Shown: in pieces, positions 1-8,982 of the stretch
Position numbering within the stretch: position 1 is the stretch's first letter
Layout: each line of letters starts with the position of its first letter
Origin: Candidatus Babeliales bacterium
Lineage (GTDB): Bacteria; Babelota; Babeliae; Babelales; JACPOV01
NCBI GenBank assembly: GCA_050250855.1
Contig: JBFWNW010000001.1
Location: 256,001 to 320,000 of the forward strand
Direction of reading: 5' to 3'
Length of the DNA: 64,000 bases
Notes under the pieces: model-generated
Database searches by the model: none
Told to the model about the DNA's origin: nothing
Seen by the model: only the letters and a program-made list of their open reading frames with translations
Made by a program: the position numbers and the translations under genes

Positions 1-591
1 ATGCATGGTTGCTATAATTTAAAACAAGCAATTGATGAAACACGCGGCCTCATTTTAGCACACAATAAAAAGCCGATTGAAGCAATGTTTGATTGTTGTT
101 GTGGTGATGTAATTCCAGCAAAATTGAGTGGCGTGAATTTTAAAAAAGCTCCTTACTTGGCGCGCCGCTATCCGTGTAATTTTTGCAAGCCGTGTAAAAT
201 TTATGCATGGCGCTTAGAATATTCCGTAAAAGAGTTTCTTGATATTTTGCATCAAGCAGGGTACCCCATCAAAACTATTCTTGATATTGCGGTAGTAAAA
301 AAAGATTCTGCAGGTGCAGCAAAAGAGATTTTAATACGGGGGAATAATGCCGTGATAACCTTTACCGGCAAGCAGTTTTATTCTTTGCTTACTAAAATAA
401 AAAGTTACTGTTATACCATAGAAAAAAAAGATGATACGATTATTTTTGATGGCAAGGGCTATGGTCACCACCTTGGCATTTGCCAGTGGGGTGCACGACG
501 CATGATTGATGAAGGGTGGACCTATGCTTCGATTTTACATTTTTATTATCCGGGCAGTATGTTAATGGAATTAAAAAATACGGTGAGTTGA
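1..591 (+). CDS. SpoIID/LytB-domain protein (C-terminal part, probably truncated by window start)
   Basis: C-terminal motif GKGYGHHLGICQWGA..M...G....ILHFYYPG typical of the SpoIID/LytB family. Confidence 0.8.
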   Translation: MHGCYNLKQAIDETRGLILAHNKKPIEAMFDCCCGDVIPAKLSGVNFKKAPYLARRYPCNFCKPCKIYAWRLEYSVKEFLDILHQAGYPIKTILDIAVVKKDSAGAAKEILIRGNNAVITFTGKQFYSLLTKIKSYCYTIEKKDDTIIFDGKGYGHHLGICQWGARRMIDEGWTYASILHFYYPGSMLMELKNTVS

Positions 592-595
592 AGAG

Positions 596-718
596 TGGTT
601 CGAGACGTTTTTCTACGAAAAACCCTCACCACGAACGGATTTAAAAAATAATTATAGTATTTTAAAACTTACAAAATTAATCTCCCGTTCGTGGTGAGGA
701 ACGAAGTGTCTCGAACCA
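596..718. repeat. REP-like palindromic pair (family R), copy 1
   Basis: TGGTTCGAGAC..CTCACCACGAACGG (596-638) faces its inverse CCGTTCGTGGTGAG..GTCTCGAACCA (685-718); related copies near 27.5k, 49.9k, 52.4k and 63.9k. Confidence 0.8.
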
Positions 719-747
719 TAACGGGATTTTTAGTAAAAGGGTTTGGT

Positions 748-1206
748 ATGCCAAATTATAAAGGTCATCTTGTTGGTGGGGCTGCTGCTTTTGGCATAGT
801 TCTTTATTGCATAAAAAGCAAAAATCCAACTATTATTACTGCGCTTGAATGGTTGTGCTGTGCATTATTGGGCGCCTTGTTTCCTGATATTGATACAAAA
901 AGCAAGGGACAAAAAATTTTTTACCGAATGGTATTTTTTTCTGTTGTTGTTTTGCTTATACAAATGCGGATACGAGCAGTAGCATTTGTTAGTTTATTAG
1001 CACTTTCACCATTACTCATTCGTCACCGTGGCATTACGCATTCATTATGGTTTATTGTGTTTTTATGCAGTTCTGCATTGGTCTATGCACATATATTTGC
1101 ACCAGCATACGCGCAGCTTGTTTTTTTTGATGCGTTGTTTTTTTGTGCAGGGGCAATTTCTCATTTGTGGTTGGATCTGGGTTTACGGAGAATGTTGCGT
1201 ATTTAA
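748..1206 (+). CDS. Membrane-bound metal-dependent hydrolase (YdjM-like)
   Basis: MPNYKGH, LFPDID, HRGITHS and SHLWLD motifs; start moved to ATG 748 because the 691 extension lies in the REP. Confidence 0.8.
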   Translation: MPNYKGHLVGGAAAFGIVLYCIKSKNPTIITALEWLCCALLGALFPDIDTKSKGQKIFYRMVFFSVVVLLIQMRIRAVAFVSLLALSPLLIRHRGITHSLWFIVFLCSSALVYAHIFAPAYAQLVFFDALFFCAGAISHLWLDLGLRRMLRI

Positions 1207-1853
1207 TGAAATGGAAAAGCTGGTGTTCCCACTGTTACAAGAACAAGAAATGTTACAAAGAAACAAGCTATACAACAAATCACACAAGGTGTAACTATTA
1301 CGCAGTTACAACAGTAGGTCATCTTATGCAGTTTTTCATTATCTTTGGGTATTTGAGTTGCACAGTATAGAGCAAGCTCATTTATTTTGGTTTTAGGGAC
1401 AACAATATTTTGCTTTTCAAGATCATTCTTTATTTTTTCTGAGAAAAAGGTTGTGTCATTGCCAGCAGAGTAAGAGCTATGGAATAGTTTTCTAGGAGAA
1501 AAGATTATTTTTGATGCTAGATTGTGTTGTTTTTTTAAAAACTCTAAACATTCTTTCTGACGTTCTTCATTTTTAGTATATATTTTCCAAGCATTATCTT
1601 TTGTTAAAGGCATTTCCAATTTAATTAATTTTTTACAATCTTTATTAAGTTTTGTATCAAAACTTGTTTTATCAAACTGGGTAAAGTTTTTGGCAATATA
1701 TTGTGCCGTTAACTTTTTTAATGAGGTGACAGTTTTTTGTTGTTTCATTGGGATAACAATTTCATCATTGTCTTGTGGCAACAGATTATACTTATGTTCC
1801 ATTGCATACGAGAGTGTGCTTAGTGTGAGTAGTAAAATTATGTAATTTTTCAT
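1203..1853 (-). CDS. Secreted paralog P1 (signal peptide + ME, BC-box-like, Cys-rich C-terminal TM)
   Basis: MKNYIILLLTLSTLSYA-ME; TSLKKLTAQYI; shared RQKECLEF motif. Confidence 0.85.
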   Translation of the reverse strand: MKNYIILLLTLSTLSYAMEHKYNLLPQDNDEIVIPMKQQKTVTSLKKLTAQYIAKNFTQFDKTSFDTKLNKDCKKLIKLEMPLTKDNAWKIYTKNEERQKECLEFLKKQHNLASKIIFSPRKLFHSSYSAGNDTTFFSEKIKNDLEKQNIVVPKTKINELALYCATQIPKDNEKLHKMTYCCNCVIVTPCVICCIACFFVTFLVLVTVGTPAFPFH

Positions 1854-1883
1854 GATTAATCTTTTTTGTTATGTTTTTATCTG

Positions 1884-1921
1884 TGGTTAGATTTTGGTTT
1901 GCAAGAATGTTACGGATTTAA
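1884..1921 (+). repeat. Copy of hydrolase 3' tail (1-nt deletion, Leu>Phe)
   Basis: TGG TTA GAT TTT GGT TTG CA- AGA ATG TTA CGG ATT TAA versus the coding tail at 1168-1206. Confidence 0.9.
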
Positions 1922-1922
1922 C

Positions 1923-2561
1923 TTACTGATCAGATGATCCATTTATAATAATATATATGAGAGCAATTAACCCTGAAAGGACAAAGCAAGAGCATGTGGC
2001 CATGGTTCTTTTTTCAAAACACCAACGAATTTTTTTCATCTGTTCATGGGTGAGTTCTTTATTGCACTTTTCTAAACAATAAGAAGTAATTTGTTGTTGT
2101 TGCTCGGGCGTTAATTGAGAGAAATTGTTTAGGCTTTTTTGAAAAAAATTTTTCCAATTTATAAGTGTTGTTTTTTCCTTTATATCATCCATGTCGCTTT
2201 TTATTAGACCAAGCTGGCTGGTATCAGGTCGATTAAGCTGATAAAAAAAATCAAGGCATTCTTGTTCTCGTTTTGGATGTTTAGTATACATTGCAATTGC
2301 ATTATCATTGGTCAATGGCAGTTCCAATTCAACTAATTCTTTACAGTCTTCATTAAGTTTTGTATCAAAACTTGTTTTGTCAAACTGGGTAAAGTTTTTA
2401 GCAATGTATTGTGCCGTTAGCTTTTTTAATGAGGTGACAGCTTTTTGTTGTTTCATTGGTAGAGCAATTTCATCATTATGCTGTAGCAAGAGTTGATACT
2501 CTGGTTCCATTGCATACGAGAGTGTGTTTAGTGTGACCAGTAAAATTATGTACTTTTTCAT
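1923..2561 (-). CDS. Secreted paralog P2
   Basis: N-terminus nearly identical to P1 up to LPLT; divergent C-terminus with TM. Confidence 0.85.
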   Translation of the reverse strand: MKKYIILLVTLNTLSYAMEPEYQLLLQHNDEIALPMKQQKAVTSLKKLTAQYIAKNFTQFDKTSFDTKLNEDCKELVELELPLTNDNAIAMYTKHPKREQECLDFFYQLNRPDTSQLGLIKSDMDDIKEKTTLINWKNFFQKSLNNFSQLTPEQQQQITSYCLEKCNKELTHEQMKKIRWCFEKRTMATCSCFVLSGLIALIYIIINGSSDQ

Positions 2562-2581
2562 GATTAATCTTTTTTTATCCT

Positions 2582-2620
2582 TGGTTAGATCTTGGTTTGC
2601 GGAGAATGCTACGGATTTAA
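2582..2620 (+). repeat. Copy of hydrolase 3' tail (encodes identical WLDLGLRRMLRI*)
   Basis: TGG TTA GAT CTT GGT TTG CGG AGA ATG CTA CGG ATT TAA; 6 nt differences, all synonymous. Confidence 0.92.
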
Positions 2621-3276
2621 TGAAAGAGAGACACAGCTGCGAAAACTGAAGAAAGAAAGCAGAATGCTGTCGGTACGGCGCAAAGTATTTGGCACCATCC
2701 GGCTCTATTCATAGTTATCATAACGGGATTATTTTTTTTAGCAGGAACAGGATACACAGCGCCCTGAAAGCCGTTTAAATTTTCTTTATGTGCTTTTTTG
2801 GCATCCCGCTGAAGTTTTTCTGCGCATTTATTTATAATTCGTTGTCTTAAATGTGAAGCCACTAGGATATTTTTTTCTTGCAGATGTTGATCTATTTGTT
2901 TGAGAAAATACTCCTTGTTGTATTTTTTCTTATAAGACTTATCTATGAATTCGTTCTGAACAGACCATGCGTGAAACGAAATTTGATTTACAGGTTTAAA
3001 TTCATACTGTGTTACCAAAAATTGTTCACACTCTTGTTCTCGTTTTTCATATTCAGTAAATATTTTCCATACATTGTCAGGATTTAATGGTAGTTCTCGT
3101 TCAATAAGATCTATACAATCTTGCGGGATGGTATCTGGTTTGATTTGTGCTTCGAATTGTTTGTAATTTTGTGTAACAGAGAGAACAGCAAGAGTTTTTA
3201 GTGAAGGAAATTCATTAGGTTCCATTGCATATGAAACGGTGCTTAGCGTGACCAGTAAAATTATATATTTTTTCAT
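2617..3276 (-). CDS. Secreted paralog P3
   Basis: SYA-MEPNEFPSLKTLAVLSV...IPQDCIDLI...REQECEQF; C-terminal TM. Confidence 0.85.
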   Translation of the reverse strand: MKKYIILLVTLSTVSYAMEPNEFPSLKTLAVLSVTQNYKQFEAQIKPDTIPQDCIDLIERELPLNPDNVWKIFTEYEKREQECEQFLVTQYEFKPVNQISFHAWSVQNEFIDKSYKKKYNKEYFLKQIDQHLQEKNILVASHLRQRIINKCAEKLQRDAKKAHKENLNGFQGAVYPVPAKKNNPVMITMNRAGWCQILCAVPTAFCFLSSVFAAVSLFH

Positions 3277-3287
3277 GGTAGCCTTTG

Positions 3288-3326
3288 TGGTTAGATCTGG
3301 GTTTACGAAGAATGTTGCGGATTTAA
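3288..3326 (+). repeat. Copy of hydrolase 3' tail (encodes identical WLDLGLRRMLRI*)
   Basis: TGG TTA GAT CTG GGT TTA CGA AGA ATG TTG CGG ATT TAA; 3 nt differences, all synonymous. Confidence 0.92.
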
Positions 3327-3330
3327 GTAT

Positions 3331-3885
3331 CTAGTTTAAAGATAAAGCTATTACCATACCAAAATATAAAAATGGAAATCCCATACCGCATATTATCAAA
3401 GCAATGTTTCCACAAAAGTCTGATGCTTCATTAAGGTTCCATTGTAGTTCTTTATGGCATTGGTGTGCTATAGTAATAAGCTTTGTTTTATCATGTATAA
3501 TTGTATGCTTTTTAGCATCATTTTCTATTTTATTGTAAAAATAGTTTTCATTATATTCATTTAAATATTTTCTTTGTTCTTTTTGAGTTAAAGAAGGAAC
3601 TTTATCGCTACAATATGCATTGACCAAAAATTGCTCACACTCTTGTTCTCGTTTTTTATATTCAGTAAATATTTTCCATACATTGTCAGGATTCAATGGT
3701 AGTTCTCGTTCAATAAGATCTATACAATCTTGCGGAATAATATCTGGTTTGATTTGTGTTTCGAATTGTTTGTAATTTCGTGCAACAGTCAGAACAGCAA
3801 GAGTTTTTAATGAAGGAAATTCATTAGATTCCATTGCATATGAAACGGTGCTTAGTGTGAGCAATAAAAATATGTATATTTTCAT
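3331..3885 (-). CDS. Secreted paralog P4
   Basis: First ~88 aa nearly identical to P3, then an unrelated C-terminus with TM. Confidence 0.85.
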   Translation of the reverse strand: MKIYIFLLLTLSTVSYAMESNEFPSLKTLAVLTVARNYKQFETQIKPDIIPQDCIDLIERELPLNPDNVWKIFTEYKKREQECEQFLVNAYCSDKVPSLTQKEQRKYLNEYNENYFYNKIENDAKKHTIIHDKTKLITIAHQCHKELQWNLNEASDFCGNIALIICGMGFPFLYFGMVIALSLN

Positions 3886-3893
3886 GTTGATTT

Positions 3894-4427
3894 TTATAAT
3901 TCACTAATAGTATAAATAATATATCCCATGAATACGCATGTCAGTAAGCAGTAAAAATTACCGATATATTGATAGCAAGATATTTTTCTTTTTCTTGATT
4001 CATCATGGAATGTTCTTTCTACAAGTTCAGGAATTGCTATGCTTATTTCATCAGGTTCTAGTTGTTGGTTTTGTAATGTAGTATAAAAAAATTCTCGAAT
4101 ATGTTTTTCTTGCTCCTGAGAGCTAGTATATATAAAATTGTCTTTAAAATAAATGGGTGGAGAATTATGTTGATAAAAGAATTCTAAACATTCTTGTTCT
4201 CTGTCTTGATTATGCTTAAAGATGTTTAAAACATTATCGTCTGTTAATGGTTTTTCCCATGCAATTGCTTTTTTGCATTCTCGGGGTAGTGTTGCGGTAT
4301 TATTAATTTTTTCTTCAAAGTTTTTATAATTTTTTCCAATATATTGACTAGTTAATTTTTTTAAAGAAGGTATTTCCATGCTAAGCGTTATGGTGTTTAC
4401 CAGAAAAAAAATAAATTTTTTTTTCAA
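3894..4427 (-). CDS. Secreted paralog P5 (most divergent)
   Basis: ITLS-MEIPSLKKLTSQYI...LPRECKKAI...REQECLEFF; TTG start at 4427 follows a GGAGAGG SD. Confidence 0.8.
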   Translation of the reverse strand: MKKKFIFFLVNTITLSMEIPSLKKLTSQYIGKNYKNFEEKINNTATLPRECKKAIAWEKPLTDDNVLNIFKHNQDREQECLEFFYQHNSPPIYFKDNFIYTSSQEQEKHIREFFYTTLQNQQLEPDEISIAIPELVERTFHDESRKRKISCYQYIGNFYCLLTCVFMGYIIYTISEL

Positions 4428-4544
4428 TTGTACCCTCTCCAAAACAAGTTTACTAGTATAGGCTTTTTTTTAATATCACCTATTCATAGTTTATTTTGCA
4501 AGATTTCTTGCTAGTTTTTTCTAGCAAGATAGGCTTTAATACAA

Positions 4545-4600
4545 AAAAAATAACAAAGCTCGCAATAATGCAAACGTTACTGCGAGCTTTGTTATTTTTT
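4545..4600. terminator. Long hairpin, likely intrinsic terminator
   Basis: AAAAAATAACAAAGCTCGCA..TGCGAGCTTTGTTATTTTTT downstream of the 4624 gene. Confidence 0.65.
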
Positions 4601-4623
4601 ATTCTGATTCAGTTTTAAGAATT

Positions 4624-5037
4624 TTAGTAATCGCAGCAATTATCTTTGTATCTCTCATATTGACCAATAATATCCTTATTTAAGAATATAGTACTTATGC
4701 CACCAGCAGTTAATGCTAAACCAATAGTCGCCATTGCAGAGCCACCTATTCTTGCCGCAACAGATTTGAGCTCCGAAAATATTTTAGAGCATAAACCTTG
4801 GTCTAAGATTTCTTTCTCTGGATGAGCTTGAAGTGTTTGTTCTACACCTTTTTTGACTAATAATAGGCCAATGACAGAAAGGCCTATGCCAAAAGCGTTT
4901 AAGGCTTTTACTCTCGTGTCATTACTGCTAGGGGTATAATACCATTGATCGAATTTTTGATACACATTAGAGCAATTTAGCTGAAAGACTTGAGAGCTTG
5001 TTATGAGCAAAAAAAGTAGAAGAGACTTTAAATTCAT
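4624..5037 (-). CDS. Hypothetical membrane protein (signal peptide + two hydrophobic segments)
   Basis: ORF with hydrophobic N-terminus; start moved to MNLKSLL. Confidence 0.65.
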   Translation of the reverse strand: MNLKSLLLFLLITSSQVFQLNCSNVYQKFDQWYYTPSSNDTRVKALNAFGIGLSVIGLLLVKKGVEQTLQAHPEKEILDQGLCSKIFSELKSVAARIGGSAMATIGLALTAGGISTIFLNKDIIGQYERYKDNCCDY

Positions 5038-5244
5038 AAGATTTACCTTATTTTGTAGAGTGAAATAATGCATAAATAATACGGTTTTTGTGACTTTTAG
5101 TCAAGTTCAAACAATGCTCATTAGACTAACTCTTGTTTTTTTTGTATCAGTGAGATACACCAAGTATAGAAATACAGTTTATGGAGCCGGGTGAGGATGT
5201 CAGTAAAAAATTGTAAGCAGGTAAGAGCTACCCTCTCCCGTTTT

Positions 5245-6627
5245 TTAATTCTTAAAATAAAGTAGAGCTGTGCTTACCAAGACGCCAGGAATAAGAGGAA
5301 TTAGTGGTGTGCCCAATAAAGGCCATAAAGCAGAAACGGTAGCGCCGGCAATTAAAGCAGTAAGTGCGGTAGAGCTTTTTATAGATTTTCCATAAAGTGC
5401 TGCAACAACAACGGGACTGAATGATGCCCCTAATCCTGACCATGCATAGGTGACAAGACCCATGACGGTTGCGCTATTGCGGTAGCCAATCGCATAACCA
5501 AAGAGGGCAACCAAAATAATGCTGCAGCGTGAAACCCAGATTAGTTCTTTATCATGCGCTTTGTGCGTAATGATTTTTTTATAAAAATCTTCAGTGATAG
5601 AATTTGCAGCAACCAGAATCTGCGTATCAATTGTTGACATCGTAGCAGCAAGAATTGCGCATAAAATAATGCCACCAAAAAATGGATTAAAAAGCATTTT
5701 AACCAGCTGTACAAATACCATTTCACTTCTAGCCAAATGAGGCGTAAGGCCCATGCCAACAAGTCCTACGGCAACAGCACTGAGTAATGAAATTACAAGC
5801 CACGTCATACCCAGATATTTTGCTCGTTTTGTATGTTCAGGATTATCAATGCCCATATAGTTAACCACTACATGCGGCATCCCCAAATAACCAACACCCC
5901 AGACAATACCATTAAGCATTTCTATCAATGTTGTAATATTACCAGAGGGAATTAATGATAATGAAATATTATTGTGCGCTGCATAGGATATAATTGGCTG
6001 TAAGCTTCCTAAAGTATATAAACTGATAATTGGTACTATAGCAATCATGGCAAGCAAAAACATTCCTTGAAAAAAATGATTCCATACAAGGGCAATAAAG
6101 CCACCGCATAAAATATAAAGAAGTGATGCACCAAGGCCAATAACCATGCCGGTGTGATAATTAATACCAAAGACCGCTTCAAATACGCGGCCCATGCCTG
6201 TTAATCCTGCGCCAATATAAAAACTAAAAAAGAACATAAGAATAATACTAGAAGCAATCCCTAGATAGCCTTTTTTGTCGTTGAAGCGTTTTTCTAAGAA
6301 AGATGAAAGGGTAACCGTTTGATACTGCTCGGTGGCAACACGTAATTTTTGTGCAATAAAATGCCAGCTTAAAAACATACCGCCAACAAGACCTATGGCA
6401 ATCCAAGCACCTTCTAGTCCTTGCGTATAGATTGTTGCCGGAAATGCCATAAAAAGCCATGCGCTCATATCACTTGCATGCGCAGCTATAGCAGTAACCC
6501 AATAGTTAACGCCACGGTTGCCCAGCATAAATTCTGAGGAAGTTTTTGTTTTAAGGTAGCTAACAATACCTATCAAAAAAAGAATGCCAAAATATAGTAA
6601 AAATGCGACCAAAAGTGCTATATTCAT
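5245..6627 (-). CDS. putP: Sodium/proline symporter (SSS family)
   Basis: ASDMSAWLFMAFP, GYLGMPHVV, AILAATMSTIDTQ and YAWSGLGASFSP motifs. Confidence 0.88.
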   Translation of the reverse strand: MNIALLVAFLLYFGILFLIGIVSYLKTKTSSEFMLGNRGVNYWVTAIAAHASDMSAWLFMAFPATIYTQGLEGAWIAIGLVGGMFLSWHFIAQKLRVATEQYQTVTLSSFLEKRFNDKKGYLGIASSIILMFFFSFYIGAGLTGMGRVFEAVFGINYHTGMVIGLGASLLYILCGGFIALVWNHFFQGMFLLAMIAIVPIISLYTLGSLQPIISYAAHNNISLSLIPSGNITTLIEMLNGIVWGVGYLGMPHVVVNYMGIDNPEHTKRAKYLGMTWLVISLLSAVAVGLVGMGLTPHLARSEMVFVQLVKMLFNPFFGGIILCAILAATMSTIDTQILVAANSITEDFYKKIITHKAHDKELIWVSRCSIILVALFGYAIGYRNSATVMGLVTYAWSGLGASFSPVVVAALYGKSIKSSTALTALIAGATVSALWPLLGTPLIPLIPGVLVSTALLYFKN

Positions 6628-6828
6628 TATGGTTCCTAAAATAATTAATAGTTTTATATAAGGTTAGAATACCTGAATTTTGTAAAAAAGGGAAAATCTA
6701 CCTTTTTTTTTACCTGAAATCTATGATTAGGTCTTATTTTTAAGCATTTTTCTTTATTTTTAGAGCTTGTTTTTGTTATACTGAAAATAAACAGGTTACC
6801 GTAGTTAAAAAAGAGATAAAAAAGGAGT

Positions 6829-7617
6829 ATGAAAATGAATACTAAAAAGTTGTTAATCTTAGCACTATTGCTTATTTCTGGTGCAGCAATCCGCGCTGGT
6901 ATAGAGCTTGAAACGCAATTGCCAGAAGAAATTAAGAACAAATTAGTGCAATTGCAGAGTCAATTAAAAAATCAGGCAATTTTAAAAACTAAAACTAAAG
7001 GTGGTTCTAAATATCCTGTGTTGCTTGATAAAAATAATCTTCGCCTTGGTTTGCAGTTTATAACAAAAGAAAATCTTGAAAATTTGACACCAAAACAGAT
7101 TGGTCATTTAAAAGATGCGGTGAAAAATATTTATGATAAAGGATTGCAGCAACCAGTAAATATTAATTTAACAAATGCTCAGTTTAAATTAGTTCCTTTT
7201 GCCGAAGGTACTTTTAATGGCTGGCGTTTATTACTTGAACTTGATGCAGAACAGCAATCCCAAGCATTTAATGATTTTCAGAAAATCTTATATGATGAAT
7301 TAGCACAAAAGAACATTCAAGTTGATACTGGTGCATCATTATTTATAACGCTTGGGTTTACTCGCTTCGAGCAGGTTAAGAATGCTATTAAAGATTTTAA
7401 ATTACAAGCTACTGTACAGCCATTTGCACTTGGTTCTTTGATTTTGACAACGGTTAATTTAGATGTAAAGCCGACAACAATACGTATTGAACGAAAACCT
7501 ATCGAGGAATTTGGCAAGAATGTATATGTGCCTGCACCTGGTGATACTCAATTTGGTAAAAAAGGCCGTACCGGTAAAACAGGTAGATTGGGTAGAAGAG
7601 GCCAGCACAAGTTATAA
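6829..7617 (+). CDS. Secreted 2H-phosphoesterase-like protein lacking both catalytic His
   Basis: Aligns by eye to the adjacent ThpR (NLRLGLQFI vs RLHITLQFI; LFITLG vs PHLTIG); signal peptide; basic tail. Confidence 0.6.
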   Translation: MKMNTKKLLILALLLISGAAIRAGIELETQLPEEIKNKLVQLQSQLKNQAILKTKTKGGSKYPVLLDKNNLRLGLQFITKENLENLTPKQIGHLKDAVKNIYDKGLQQPVNINLTNAQFKLVPFAEGTFNGWRLLLELDAEQQSQAFNDFQKILYDELAQKNIQVDTGASLFITLGFTRFEQVKNAIKDFKLQATVQPFALGSLILTTVNLDVKPTTIRIERKPIEEFGKNVYVPAPGDTQFGKKGRTGKTGRLGRRGQHKL

Positions 7618-7628
7618 TCTAAAGAGAT

Positions 7629-8180
7629 ATGGCAAATACGTATGTAGCATTTATGCTTCCTGATGATCTGCAAGAACAGATTGTTGCAGTGCAAGATGAA
7701 CTTAATGCACGGTTGAAGCAGCAGGGGTTGCCACTTCTTAAAAAACGATTGCCCGAGCGCTTGCATATAACGTTGCAATTTATAAGAAAAAATGATGTTT
7801 CTCAGGAAGAGATTGCAAAAATTGTTCGTGCATTACAAGCCATTGCACATGAATTTAAATCTATTGAGCTTGCACAGAATCTTGCGCAAGCTCAGTTTGC
7901 TTTCTGGGGACCGGTTGTCGTATTGGTATTAAAACCACATGAAGAGTTAACTGCTTTAGTTGCAGCAGTAAGAAAAGCATTTGATAATGCTGGCATTGAA
8001 TATGATAAAAAATTTCCTGACTATATTCCACATCTGACGATTGGTTCTTTAGATGAAGCATCACGCAATTTTTTACAGCAGCAAAAAATACAAGTTCCAG
8101 AGATTAAAACGTACAAAGCGGATGCACTTGTTTTACGTTCAGCAGGAGCAAATGCAGCCCATATTTTTCTTAAGAGATAG
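7629..8180 (+). CDS. thpR: RNA 2',3'-cyclic phosphodiesterase (2H family)
   Basis: Two HxT motifs: HITL and HLTI. Confidence 0.82.
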   Translation: MANTYVAFMLPDDLQEQIVAVQDELNARLKQQGLPLLKKRLPERLHITLQFIRKNDVSQEEIAKIVRALQAIAHEFKSIELAQNLAQAQFAFWGPVVVLVLKPHEELTALVAAVRKAFDNAGIEYDKKFPDYIPHLTIGSLDEASRNFLQQQKIQVPEIKTYKADALVLRSAGANAAHIFLKR

Positions 8181-8982
8181 AAAAAAGTTTTTGCGCGTTA
8201 GTTGTTGTTTGCTGAGCAATAGTTTCAAAATCTGTAGCGCGTAGTTCTGCTAAAAATTCTGCAATAGCTTTAATATACTGTGGATGATTGCGCTTACCGC
8301 GAATTATCTGTGGTGGCAAGAATGGTGCATCAGTTTCCAGCACAATATGCTCAAGCTTAATTTTTTTAAAAATTTCACGCAGCGCTTCATTTTTAGGATA
8401 GGTAAGCGTGCCACCAATGCCAACATAAAAACCAATATCTATGACATAATCCGCAAACTGTTGATCTTCTGAAAAGCAATGAATAACGCCGCGAAAGTTT
8501 TTTTCTTTTTTATATTCTTCAAGAGCATAGACTGTTTCTTGCACTGCATCTCGCGTATGAATAATAATGGGAAGATTATGAGTAAGGGCTAATTCAACCT
8601 GCGCTTTGAAAGCATCTTTTTGTTGTTGTATAGAAAAATCAGGATAATGTTTATCAAATCCTATTTCGCCGATGGCAATTATTTTATTCCGTTCTTTGTC
8701 AACCAACAGTTTTTGTAATGCTGCCATATCTTTTTGCCAGCCTTTGGTAAGATCATTTGGGTGTATACCAATTGCTGCATAGCAATCCTGAAATGTTCGT
8801 GCAAGAGCAATACAGTTTAAACTTTCAATAACACTTGTTCCAACATTAATAATACGGTTTACGTGTTCATGGGCAGCTTGTTTTACAATGGTAGCAGCGC
8901 CCGTAAAATCGTCTGGCTTGAGCGGTACATCGAAATCTTTTTTTATCATTATGTTAATATGACAATGAGTATCAATAAGCAT
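8170..8982 (-). CDS. tatD: TatD family deoxyribonuclease
   Basis: LIDTHCH, GIHP, GEIGFD, IHTRDA, HCFS and ETDAPFL motifs. Confidence 0.93.
   Translation of the reverse strand: MLIDTHCHINIMIKKDFDVPLKPDDFTGAATIVKQAAHEHVNRIINVGTSVIESLNCIALARTFQDCYAAIGIHPNDLTKGWQKDMAALQKLLVDKERNKIIAIGEIGFDKHYPDFSIQQQKDAFKAQVELALTHNLPIIIHTRDAVQETVYALEEYKKEKNFRGVIHCFSEDQQFADYVIDIGFYVGIGGTLTYPKNEALREIFKKIKLEHIVLETDAPFLPPQIIRGKRNHPQYIKAIAEFLAELRATDFETIAQQTTTNAQKLFSIS

Noticed and set aside
691..747. N-terminal ORF extensions at 691, 27534 and 49929
   Set aside because: They are translations of REP sequence; downstream ATGs fit the family starts better
1168..3326. Regularly spaced ~39-bp repeats as a CRISPR array
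   Set aside because: Intervening segments are about 660-680 bp and are whole genes, the repeat is a coding gene tail, and no cas genes are present
1884..3326. Tail repeats as integron attC sites (GTTAGAT fits GTTRRRY; ATTTAAC in one copy fits RYYYAAC)
   Set aside because: The order is the reverse of attC, there is no extended hairpin, RYYYAAC is complete in only one copy, and no IntI is in the window
5183..5246. GC-rich stem with CAG...AGCAG resembling SRP (4.5S) RNA
   Set aside because: It lacks the CAGG and the GNRA-capped helix of SRP domain IV; a cmsearch would be needed
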